A DNA stretch of 23,397 nt, taken from the NCBI GenBank assembly GCA_051748045.1, contig JBNJGY010000002.1:1-23397 (forward strand), written 5' to 3'. Source of the stretch: Thermotogota bacterium (GTDB taxonomy: Bacteria; Thermotogota; Thermotogae; Petrotogales; Petrotogaceae). Below the pieces are notes generated by a model, which saw only the letters and a list, made by a program, of their open reading frames with translations, ran no database searches and was not told where the DNA came from. The position numbers were made by a program, and so were the translations under genes. This document shows, piece after piece, positions 8,708-17,554 of this stretch; position 1 is the stretch's first letter; each line of letters begins with the position of its first letter.

Positions 8708-9184
8708 ATGTGGATGATAATATCAGATACTCACGATAACATAGAAAAATTGAAAAAAATAAAAAGAATAGTTAAAGAAAATAATGTTGATACTATTTTC
8801 CATTGTGGAGATTATGTAGCCCCATTTAGTTTACCATATCTATTGATCGATGGAGTTAAATTCATAGGAATATTTGGAAATAACGATGGAGAAATTCTTG
8901 GATTAAGTAAAAAATCAGGAAACATCATAACTCCAGGACCTAAAAATATCGAACATCAAGGTAAGAAAATATTTATGATGCATGAACCATATTCATTAGA
9001 AGCTGCTGAAAAATCAAATTTTTATGATTTTGTTTTTTTTGGTCATACACATGAAGTAGTGACAAAAAAAACTAAAAACACACTAATAATAAATCCAGGA
9101 GAAGCTAGTGGATGCTTAACAGGTAATTCAACATTATGTATACTTAACCCAGAAAATAAAGAATATAAAATAATAGAAATTTAA
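8708..9184 (+). CDS. Metallophosphoesterase, YfcE/MJ0936 family
   Basis: SDTHDN, HCGD, GNND, GHTH and NPGE motifs. Confidence 0.92.
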   Translation: MWMIISDTHDNIEKLKKIKRIVKENNVDTIFHCGDYVAPFSLPYLLIDGVKFIGIFGNNDGEILGLSKKSGNIITPGPKNIEHQGKKIFMMHEPYSLEAAEKSNFYDFVFFGHTHEVVTKKTKNTLIINPGEASGCLTGNSTLCILNPENKEYKIIEI

Positions 9185-9196
9185 TCGGAGGTAGAA

Positions 9197-11572
9197 ATGA
9201 GTAAAGAAAACAATTTCATAGATAAATTCATAGACGAATCGAATAAAAAAAACATTCCAAAAGAACTACCAGCTATAGCAACTAGGTCAAAAATGCTGAT
9301 ATATCCAAACTCAGTTATTCCAATGTTTGTTGGGAGAGAAAAATCTGTAAAAGCATTGGAAGTTGCATTGGAAAAATACGACAATTATATATTTTTAGTT
9401 TCACAAAAAAAATTAGAAACTGAAGAACCAAAAGTATCAGACCTATATAGAGTAGGTACTGTAGCAAGAATTGTTCAAGTGTCTAAATTACCAAATGGAG
9501 ATTTAAAAGTACTTGTAGAAGGGGTTAAAAGAGCTAAAATAAAAAATACTGTTCAAGATAAGAAATATTTCATGTTCAACATAAATCAACTAGATTCTGA
9601 AAATAAAAGCTCAAAAAAATTAGAAGCATTAGTTAGAAAAATAAAAGCTCTTTTACAAAATTATATGGAGTTATCTAAAAAATTTCCTCAAGAAGCAATA
9701 ATGGCTATAGAAGAAACATCAGATCCAGAAATAATAAGTGATCTAGTTGCATCAATAATGCCTTTAGATTTAGAAGAAAAGCAAGAATTATTGGAAATAG
9801 TAGAAACAGAAAAAAGATTAAAAAAAGAATTAGAGATTTTAGCGAGAGAGATAGAACTTCTTGAAATAGAAGAAAACTTAGAAACAACAGTAAGAGAAAA
9901 AATTCAGAAATCTCAAAAAGAATTTTATTTGAGAGAAAAAATGAATGCAATAAAAGAAGAACTTTCAGATGAAGATGATGAAGATATAAAAGAAATAAAA
10001 GAAAGATTAGAAAAAGGAGATTATCCTAATGAAGTAAAAGAAAAAGCAGACAAAGAAATAGAAAGACTGAATAAAATGTCTCCTTATTCACCAGAAGCTA
10101 ATGTTATAAGAACATATTTAGATTGGTTGATTGAAATCCCATGGGAAAAAAGAACAGAAGATAATATAGATATCAATAAAGCTGAAGATATATTGGAAAA
10201 GAATCATTATGGGTTAAAAGAACCAAAAGAAAGAATAATGGAATTTTTATCAGTAAGAAAATTATCTAAAAGTTCTAAAGCTCCTATTTTATGTTTCGTA
10301 GGAGCACCTGGAGTAGGTAAAACAAGTCTTGGTAAATCAATTGCAGATGCAACTGGAAGAGAATTTGGAAGACTTTCTCTAGGTGGTGTAAGAGATGAAT
10401 CAGAAATAAGAGGCCACAGAAGAACTTATGTTGGAGCTTTACCTGGTAGAATTGTACAAAAAATTAGAAAATTACAATCTATGAATCCAGTGATTGTACT
10501 AGATGAAATAGATAAACTTGGATCTTCATTTCAAGGTGATCCTGGTGCTGCATTATTAGAAGTTTTAGATCCTGAACAAAATGTAGATTTTGTAGATCAT
10601 TACTTGGAATTACCATTAGATCTTTCAGAAATTATCTTTGTTACTACAGCGAATGTTTTACATACAATTCCGCCCGCATTAAAAGATAGAATGGAGATTA
10701 TTTATATTTCTGGTTATACAGATATTGAAAAATATCAAATAGCACAAAAGTATATAATACCTAAATTGTTAGAAGAACACGGATTAAACGATGACATTTT
10801 TAAAATATCTTATAAAGCTGTCAAAGATGTTATCTCGAAATATACTCGAGAGGCTGGTGTTAGGCAGTTAGAAAAGAAAATTGCAAAAATAATGAGAAAA
10901 TCCGCATTGAAATATTCAGAAACAGATAAAAAAGTTAAAGTCGGAGCTAATAACTTAAATAGTTTCTTAGGAGCTCCTCCTTATTTTGATTCTGAAAAAA
11001 ATGAAAAACCCGAAGTAGGTTCTGTAACTGGATTAGCTTGGACTGCATATGGAGGGACTATTCTTCATGTTGAAGTATTATCTTTGTCTGGTAAAGGTAG
11101 GCTTATAACTACAGGACAATTAGGAGATGTTATGAAAGAATCAGCAAAAATTGCACTATCTTTATCAAGAAAAATAGTTGAAATAAAAGACAAAGAAAAA
11201 GGAAAACTTTTTGATAAAAAAGATTTCCATATACATTTACCAGAAGGTGCAGTACCAAAAGATGGACCATCAGCTGGTGTAACACTCACAACAGCATTAA
11301 TATCTGTTATAATGAATCAAAAAATTAGAAATGATATAGCTATGACTGGAGAAACAACATTAAGAGGTAAAGTTTTACCAGTGGGGGGGATTAAAGAAAA
11401 AGTTCTTTCTGCTTATAGATCGGGTATAAATGAAGTGATACTTCCAAAAGCCAATGAAAAAGATGTTGAGAAAATTCCAGAAGAAATAAGAGAGAAAATA
11501 AAGTTTAACTTTGTAACGAAAATAGAAGAAGTACTGAAAATAGCCTTAGAGGGTAGTGATTTCAATGATTAA
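9197..11572 (+). CDS. lon: ATP-dependent Lon protease (LonA)
   Basis: Lon N-domain, Walker A GAPGVGKTS, RGHRRTYVGALPG, Walker B VLDEIDK and the Ser-Lys dyad PKDGPSAG...GGIKEK. Confidence 0.98.
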   Translation: MSKENNFIDKFIDESNKKNIPKELPAIATRSKMLIYPNSVIPMFVGREKSVKALEVALEKYDNYIFLVSQKKLETEEPKVSDLYRVGTVARIVQVSKLPNGDLKVLVEGVKRAKIKNTVQDKKYFMFNINQLDSENKSSKKLEALVRKIKALLQNYMELSKKFPQEAIMAIEETSDPEIISDLVASIMPLDLEEKQELLEIVETEKRLKKELEILAREIELLEIEENLETTVREKIQKSQKEFYLREKMNAIKEELSDEDDEDIKEIKERLEKGDYPNEVKEKADKEIERLNKMSPYSPEANVIRTYLDWLIEIPWEKRTEDNIDINKAEDILEKNHYGLKEPKERIMEFLSVRKLSKSSKAPILCFVGAPGVGKTSLGKSIADATGREFGRLSLGGVRDESEIRGHRRTYVGALPGRIVQKIRKLQSMNPVIVLDEIDKLGSSFQGDPGAALLEVLDPEQNVDFVDHYLELPLDLSEIIFVTTANVLHTIPPALKDRMEIIYISGYTDIEKYQIAQKYIIPKLLEEHGLNDDIFKISYKAVKDVISKYTREAGVRQLEKKIAKIMRKSALKYSETDKKVKVGANNLNSFLGAPPYFDSEKNEKPEVGSVTGLAWTAYGGTILHVEVLSLSGKGRLITTGQLGDVMKESAKIALSLSRKIVEIKDKEKGKLFDKKDFHIHLPEGAVPKDGPSAGVTLTTALISVIMNQKIRNDIAMTGETTLRGKVLPVGGIKEKVLSAYRSGINEVILPKANEKDVEKIPEEIREKIKFNFVTKIEEVLKIALEGSDFND

Positions 11573-12143
11573 AAAAGCAGAACTTTATAAAACAGCATAT
11601 AGATACGATCAACTTCCCCTAGAAGATAGACCAGAAGTGGCTTTTGCAGGAAGGTCAAACGTTGGTAAGTCTAGTCTTTTAAACTCTTTGATGAAAATAA
11701 AAATTGCTAAAATAAGTTCTAAACCCGGTAAAACAAGGTCTATAAATTATTATCTTGTAAATGATAGTTATTATTTTGTGGATTTACCTGGTTATGGATT
11801 TGCATCTGTAGCAAAAACAGAAAAAGAAAAATGGAATGAATTGATGAATGATTATTTCATGAATAGAATGTCATTGAGAATGGTTTATGTATTGATTGAT
11901 CATAGACATAAACCACAAAAAAATGATCATATGATGATACAATGGTTAAAAAGTATGAATATTCCTTTTATGATAGTCTTAACAAAATCAGACAAACTAA
12001 AACAAAGCGAAAGAATAAAAAGATTAAAAGAAATAAAAAATGATTTATCTATATATGGAGAATATCTATATTTTCAGACCTCAGCAAATAAAAACAAAGG
12101 TTTAGAGGATTTAACAGAATCAATTCTTACAGTATTGAAATAG
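11565..12143 (+). CDS. engB: Ribosome-biogenesis GTPase YihA/YsxC/EngB
   Basis: GRSNVGKSS, PGKT, DLPGYG and TKSDKL motifs. It overlaps the end of lon in the usual lon-engB arrangement; GTG 11556 is an alternative start. Confidence 0.95.
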   Translation: MIKKAELYKTAYRYDQLPLEDRPEVAFAGRSNVGKSSLLNSLMKIKIAKISSKPGKTRSINYYLVNDSYYFVDLPGYGFASVAKTEKEKWNELMNDYFMNRMSLRMVYVLIDHRHKPQKNDHMMIQWLKSMNIPFMIVLTKSDKLKQSERIKRLKEIKNDLSIYGEYLYFQTSANKNKGLEDLTESILTVLK

Positions 12144-12172
12144 AGTACAAACAAAAAGAAGGTTTAATTTAG

Positions 12173-12910
12173 ATGAAAAAATATTATAAAGCAAAAAAAT
12201 TAATAGAATCATCTCATAATATAGTTGTTTTATCAGGAGCGGGAATTTCTACTAACACAGGTATTCCTGATTTTAGAGGTAAAAATGGAATATATAATAA
12301 AGCTGATATTGAGAATCCTGAATTAATTTTTGATTATTATTATTTCAAAGATCACCCTGAATTATTTTATAAATTTCACAAAACTTTTTTAAACTATGTA
12401 GAAAATGCAGAACCTACTTATTCTTACAAAAAACTAAAAGATTTAGAAGATGAGCAAAAATTAGCTGGTATAATAACTCAAAATATTGATTCTTTACATA
12501 AAATAGCTGGTAATAAAAAAGTATATGAGATTCATGGTGGGTTATATCAAAATTTTTGTCTGAATTGTGGTAGAGAATATGATTATGATGAAGTTAAATA
12601 CAAGATGAATAAAGATATAGTTGCAAAATGTGATTCTTGTGGTGGAGTTATAAAACCTGATATAGTATTTTTTGGAGAAATGATAAAAGATATGGATGAA
12701 TCAATAAAATTGATAAAAAACTCAGATTTGTTACTTATACTGGGGTCATCTCTTATGGTTACTCCAGCAGCTTTTCTACCAGCTTATTCAGATGCTGATA
12801 TAATAATTATTAATAAAGGTGAATTTTCTAGAAGTTACTTAAAAGAAGAAAAAATAAAATTCGTTTTTGATGAAGATATAGATTCAGTTTTTAAAAAAAT
12901 TTTTAAATAA
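12173..12910 (+). CDS. cobB: NAD-dependent protein deacylase (sirtuin, CobB/NpdA type)
   Basis: GAGIST..GIPDFRG, ITQNIDSLH, EIHG, two CxxC zinc pairs, KPDIVFFGE and GSSL.VTPA. Confidence 0.93.
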   Translation: MKKYYKAKKLIESSHNIVVLSGAGISTNTGIPDFRGKNGIYNKADIENPELIFDYYYFKDHPELFYKFHKTFLNYVENAEPTYSYKKLKDLEDEQKLAGIITQNIDSLHKIAGNKKVYEIHGGLYQNFCLNCGREYDYDEVKYKMNKDIVAKCDSCGGVIKPDIVFFGEMIKDMDESIKLIKNSDLLLILGSSLMVTPAAFLPAYSDADIIIINKGEFSRSYLKEEKIKFVFDEDIDSVFKKIFK

Positions 12911-12943
12911 AAAAGCCAGGCTTTTGCGAGCCTGGCTTTTTTT
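12909..12943. terminator. Bidirectional Rho-independent terminator between cobB and tig
   Basis: AAAAAAGCCAGGCT-TTTGCG-AGCCTGGCTTTTTT, with an A-run and a T-run flanking, between convergent genes. Confidence 0.92.
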
Positions 12944-12953
12944 AAATATAATT

Positions 12954-14231
12954 TTATTCTTCAGTTTCTTTTTTCTCAAATTTTTCTGAGTCAACTTCTT
13001 CTATTTTAACTTTATCTTTAATAGTGTCAACAACTTTTGATTTCAATGTATCCCAAACAACATCATTCAATAATTTTTGATTAGAGTAAATTGCTTCTCT
13101 TGTTCTTTCATAAGGCATTTGCCACATTTGTGAAATATTTTTAATTGCGTTAGTAATTTCTTCATCAGAAACTTCTATGTTGTTTTCCTTTGCTAATTCA
13201 TCAACAACAACTAATTCTTTTATCCATTTTAAGGAAGATTCTTTTATATTTTCTTTCATTTTTTCTTCGTCATTTTCATTTTTTTCTAGTTCTTCATTAT
13301 ATTTTCCTTCTTTTTTTAATTGGGCAATGTAATTTTCTACATATTCTTCAATAGTTTGTTCAGATATTTCAATTTCTGTATGTTCAGGAAGTTCTCCAAT
13401 AATATAATTTCTAACGAAATCCTTATTCCAATTTTCATATTGTTCTTTACCTTCAGATCTGAATTTATCTTTCAATTCTTCAAGAGATTGTGCGTCAGAG
13501 TCTAATTCTTTAACAAATTCTTCGGTTAATTCAGGGATTTTTCTAGAATAGATATCCTCAAGATTTACTGTATAATGATATTTTTTATCTTCAAAATCTT
13601 TTTCATATTCTATAACATCACCTTTAGATTTACCAACAACTTCTGTTACTATAGGCCTATTGTCGTCTTCTCTTAAGGTATATTCATTCTCTTTATTTTC
13701 TTGTAAAACTTTTCCATCTTGATTTTTTACAGTATATGTCACTCTTACAAAATCATCATATTCTGCTGTACCTTCCTTTGGTTCTAAGATAGCATTTTGG
13801 TCTAATAATTCATTTAATTTGTCATCAACAAATTTTTCAATTATAGATTCAGATTTAGGAATTTCTACAGTAATATTTTCAAAGTCAGTACTTTTAACTT
13901 CAGGATATGCATGAACCGTAATTTCTACTTCAAATTTGCCTTCATCATTAGCTGTCGAATCTACTTTTGGTGGGAATAAAGTTTTTTCATCATCTTGGAT
14001 TTCTTTCATGGCGTCTTCTAAAAGGATATCATTTATCCAATTATCATAATTTTCTCCTAATTTCATTTTTATAATACCAGTAGGTGCTTTACCTTTTCTG
14101 AAACCAGGAAATTTGTAATTTTTATTGACTTCTTTCACAACATCTTTTTCTGCTTTTTGTAATTCATTTGTATCAAATTGTACTAAATACTTTTTAACGT
14201 TTTTATCTTGTGATACTAACTGTTTATCCAT
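12954..14231 (-). CDS. tig: Trigger factor
   Basis: Ribosome-binding signature FPGFRKGKAP, 425 aa three-domain layout, PELTEEF..SLEELK and C-terminal LAKENNIEVSDEEI; RBS GGAGGT. Confidence 0.93.
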   Translation of the reverse strand: MDKQLVSQDKNVKKYLVQFDTNELQKAEKDVVKEVNKNYKFPGFRKGKAPTGIIKMKLGENYDNWINDILLEDAMKEIQDDEKTLFPPKVDSTANDEGKFEVEITVHAYPEVKSTDFENITVEIPKSESIIEKFVDDKLNELLDQNAILEPKEGTAEYDDFVRVTYTVKNQDGKVLQENKENEYTLREDDNRPIVTEVVGKSKGDVIEYEKDFEDKKYHYTVNLEDIYSRKIPELTEEFVKELDSDAQSLEELKDKFRSEGKEQYENWNKDFVRNYIIGELPEHTEIEISEQTIEEYVENYIAQLKKEGKYNEELEKNENDEEKMKENIKESSLKWIKELVVVDELAKENNIEVSDEEITNAIKNISQMWQMPYERTREAIYSNQKLLNDVVWDTLKSKVVDTIKDKVKIEEVDSEKFEKKETEE

Positions 14232-14468
14232 TTCAATACCTCCATAAACTTATATAATCAACATGCTTTAAATATTATACATTTTTAATACTTTTATTTT
14301 GTTAAAATAAAGTCAAATTTAATTTATAAGGTAAAAAATAAGTATCAAATAAGACAACAAAAAACTTAATATAATTTTGTCATTTACCTATCAAATATGA
14401 TATGATTGATATATAGTGTATATTTACTTTAATTTTATTTAATTATAATGTTTATTTATAATTAAAAA

Positions 14469-14477
14469 TGGTAAAAT
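14469..14477 (+). promoter_or_regulatory. Candidate extended -10 promoter for the tagA-like gene
   Basis: TGGTAAAAT in the divergent intergenic region. The AT-rich context lowers specificity. Confidence 0.4.
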
Positions 14478-14549
14478 ATTAAGTGATAATAAACTTTTAT
14501 AGACTTTATGATTAATGATTGGAATAAAATTTAGAGGTGAATCTTTTTA

Positions 14550-15266
14550 ATGATTACTAAATCTTTTATAGAAGGCGCAAATGTATTATATGGTGAAAAA
14601 AAGAAAATATTAAAATTTTTGGAAGAAAAATATAATTTAGGTGAGAAAACATGGATAATTACTTTGAACACATTAATGTATATGGAGTTTTTTAAAAGCG
14701 AAATATATAAAAAATCTTTTCTAAAAGCAGATTTATTAATTCCTGATGGAATTGGTATTGTTAAATATATGAATAAAAAGAATTATTCTACAGAAAGATG
14801 TCCGGGTATTGAAACAATGAAATATTTTTGTGAGATTTCTGGTGAAGATGATAAAGGTGTTTTTTTACTTGGGGCTAAAGAAGAAGTTTTGAAAAAAGCA
14901 AAAGCAAACCTAGAAGAAACATATAATTCAAAAATAAATGGATATATTAATGGTTTTTTTTCAAAAGAAGAAGACGAAAAAATTGTGAATATAATAAATG
15001 AATCTAACTCAGATTTTCTTTTTGTAGGTATGGGTATACCGAGACAGGAAGAATTCATTTTAAGAAATTATGATAAATTAAATGTAAAGGTGATGATGGG
15101 CGTTGGTGGGAGCATAGATGTTTTTGCTGGAGAAGTAAAAAGGGCTCCAGTTTTATTTCAAAAATTAGGTATTGAATGGTTTTATAGAATGATGGTAGAG
15201 CCTAAAAGGTTTAATAAATTTCCAGACTTAATAAAATTTTATTTAAAATATTATTTAAAAAGATAA
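14550..15266 (+). CDS. WecB/TagA/CpsF family glycosyltransferase (GT26)
   Basis: DLLIPDGIG, ERCPGIE, FLLGAK, FVGMGIPRQE, GVGGSIDV and RAP..FQKLGIEWFYR motifs. Confidence 0.93.
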   Translation: MITKSFIEGANVLYGEKKKILKFLEEKYNLGEKTWIITLNTLMYMEFFKSEIYKKSFLKADLLIPDGIGIVKYMNKKNYSTERCPGIETMKYFCEISGEDDKGVFLLGAKEEVLKKAKANLEETYNSKINGYINGFFSKEEDEKIVNIINESNSDFLFVGMGIPRQEEFILRNYDKLNVKVMMGVGGSIDVFAGEVKRAPVLFQKLGIEWFYRMMVEPKRFNKFPDLIKFYLKYYLKR

Positions 15267-15281
15267 ATTGGAGGTGTAATA

Positions 15282-16574
15282 ATGATTTTAAAAAATTGTA
15301 CTTTACTAACTGGAGCCATTGGTGAAGTAATAGAAAATGGAGCAGTTTATGTACAAGATGGAAAAGTTATTGATGTTGGATCAGCAGAAAAAATATTAGA
15401 GAAATATGGAGTTGAAGAGAAAAATATAAGAGATTTAAACAAAAAAATTTTATTACCGGGTCTAACAAATCCATATACAAGCTTTTATATTAATGAACTA
15501 TATTTAAATAGTAAATTAAGAGATTCAAATTTACCTCCTTATGAAAAATTTTCAAAGATCGTTAATTTTGCGCTTAATAAAGCAGAAGACACAGAATTCT
15601 TTAAAGACATAATGACTTTAGGTAGTTTCAAATCTCTAATTAATGGTATTACTTCTACTATAGTATCTTTTCCTTATAGCAAAAACATAGATATAGTAAA
15701 GAAAATAGCTGATGATATAGGTGTAAGAGTCAAACCATCACCAATATTATTAACTGAAAATGGGATTCCTAGAAATATAAGAGAAGATTTAATAGAAAAC
15801 AAGGATATAAAATCTATAACTATATTAGGTGTTTGGGGCTTAGAAAAAGAAGATTATGATTTTCTTGAAAAATTCTTATCAGATGGAAGAAGATTGAGAA
15901 TTGTTATAGTAGATTTTCAACAAGAAGAAAGATATGCTATGCTCAAACATGGAAAAGAATTGATGACAATTTTAAAAGAATTTTCTCTATTATCCAAAAA
16001 AGTTGACGTGATTTTTGCTGGTAATGTAAATCCTCAAGTGATGGATTATTTTGCTTCAAAAGGAGTAAGGTTAATAAAAAGTGTTAGGACTGAATTAATG
16101 GAAATAAATACATCTCCGAATTTATTAGACATGTTGGGGAGAGGAATGAAAGTTGCTATTGGAACTGGATTAATAGATTATTCTCTTTTTAATGAAGCTA
16201 AAACTTTATTGATTACAGAAAAATTTAATAATAAAGCTAAGCATAATATATTATATAATGAAGTAGAAAGAACTATATTCATGAACAACTATCAATTCAC
16301 TTCAGATGAATTTGATCTTCAGTTAGGTAAAATAAGTCCTGGTAAAGAGGCAGATTTTACAATTTTAAGTTCTAGAACAGGAGATTATATTTTCAATACA
16401 AATACTCCATTCACTGAAATATCCTTTAGAATGGGAAATGAGATAGAAGTTTCAGGAGCAGTTGTGGGAGGAGAAATAACTCTTTGGGATAGAGAACCTA
16501 CAAAAGCAGATACTAAAGAAATAAGAAAAATTCAGAAAAAAATTAATGATTATGTAAAAAAATTGAAAATATAA
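15282..16574 (+). CDS. Amidohydrolase-superfamily protein (SsnA / MTA-SAH deaminase-like), catalytic metal ligands degenerate
   Basis: N-terminal beta-sandwich (IENGAVYVQDGKVIDVG...KILLPGL), LINGITS, GMKVAIGT and GKISPGKEADF. The HxH position reads YTS and the GTD position reads GTG. Confidence 0.85.
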   Translation: MILKNCTLLTGAIGEVIENGAVYVQDGKVIDVGSAEKILEKYGVEEKNIRDLNKKILLPGLTNPYTSFYINELYLNSKLRDSNLPPYEKFSKIVNFALNKAEDTEFFKDIMTLGSFKSLINGITSTIVSFPYSKNIDIVKKIADDIGVRVKPSPILLTENGIPRNIREDLIENKDIKSITILGVWGLEKEDYDFLEKFLSDGRRLRIVIVDFQQEERYAMLKHGKELMTILKEFSLLSKKVDVIFAGNVNPQVMDYFASKGVRLIKSVRTELMEINTSPNLLDMLGRGMKVAIGTGLIDYSLFNEAKTLLITEKFNNKAKHNILYNEVERTIFMNNYQFTSDEFDLQLGKISPGKEADFTILSSRTGDYIFNTNTPFTEISFRMGNEIEVSGAVVGGEITLWDREPTKADTKEIRKIQKKINDYVKKLKI

Positions 16575-16610
16575 TAAAAATGCGAGCTAAGCTCGCATTT
16601 TTATTATATT
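16568..16610. terminator. Bidirectional terminator / perfect 21-bp inverted repeat
   Basis: AATATAATAAAAATGCGAGCT-A-AGCTCGCATTTTTATTATATT spans both convergent stop codons. Confidence 0.9.
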
Positions 16611-17554
16611 AATTGAATGCTTAATCTACTCATTTCTGACGATATATTAAGGTAACAAGTGTATTCTGCTTCAGAGAAGTTTGCTGAAATAAATGAACCA
16701 TCTTCTCTTTCTATTAACCCTTCAAAAGTTCTTAAATTTAATTCTCCCAATTGGTTAAGAACCAAACCTACATTTTCAGAGAGCTTAACTGTTATTGTAG
16801 AAATTTCTAAATCAGCATCAATAGATGAATCTTTTTTATTAGAAGGTATCAAAACTATTTTAGATGCTGTAGAATTGATATTGATGTTTTCAGGATAAGA
16901 ATTTCTTAAGTCAAAAAAAACATCAGAAACGCTTAAGTTAGTAGATAAATTGTACTTTAAATTAGTCCTTATTCCAGTGTTCATTTTTGACCTTTCAGGA
17001 ACTTTAATATTTGATACTTTTAATTTATTTTCTATGTTTAACTCTGAATCATTCCAATTGAAAGATCTTTTGAATATATCAGCATCAGCATAAGAGTCTA
17101 CTTGAATATTATAATCTTCAGTTGTTCTAGAAGAAAAATTCAACTTAGTCCAATCTAAAAAATATTTAATATCATATCTATTCAAATTTTTGGGAACTTC
17201 TATTTTCATATGTTTATCTTCAATTCTGTTATTTTTTACATTGATAAATTTACTAGATGTAAAAACAGAATATATTCCCCAACCTACTAAATAAGAAGCG
17301 ATCATTAACAATATAATTTGCCAAAAACCAAGATTTTCTGCAAAAACGTCAAAAGCATCCATTATCAAAATAGAACCAAAAATCAGGCTTCCGATTTTAT
17401 CACTCTTTGGATGTTTAAAAACTTTGAAACCATCAGCTAAAAAAACTATACCAAAGAAAATTTCTACAGCTATAGAGAAACTGATTGTAATTTCAAATAC
17501 AATTCCTAAAAGAATTATTAAACCTATTAATATTGATACAAAAGCTCCAGTCAA
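16604..17554 (-). CDS. Membrane protein: LiaF-like 4-TM N-domain plus C-terminal toast-rack-like beta-solenoid
   Basis: Four hydrophobic segments in the first ~100 aa, then beta-rich repeats ending ENVGLVL..EGL..DGSFISANF.EA. TTG start with RBS GGAGG and a 4-nt overlap with the upstream gene. Family assignment is from pattern only. Confidence 0.72.
   Translation of the reverse strand: MTGAFVSILIGLIILLGIVFEITISFSIAVEIFFGIVFLADGFKVFKHPKSDKIGSLIFGSILIMDAFDVFAENLGFWQIILLMIASYLVGWGIYSVFTSSKFINVKNNRIEDKHMKIEVPKNLNRYDIKYFLDWTKLNFSSRTTEDYNIQVDSYADADIFKRSFNWNDSELNIENKLKVSNIKVPERSKMNTGIRTNLKYNLSTNLSVSDVFFDLRNSYPENININSTASKIVLIPSNKKDSSIDADLEISTITVKLSENVGLVLNQLGELNLRTFEGLIEREDGSFISANFSEAEYTCYLNISSEMSRLSIQLI

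Noticed and set aside
12173-12910. Sirtuin as an anti-phage SIR2 effector (Thoeris/DSR type)
   Set aside because: It is a classic zinc-binding CobB-type deacylase of normal length in a housekeeping operon, with no defence partners nearby.
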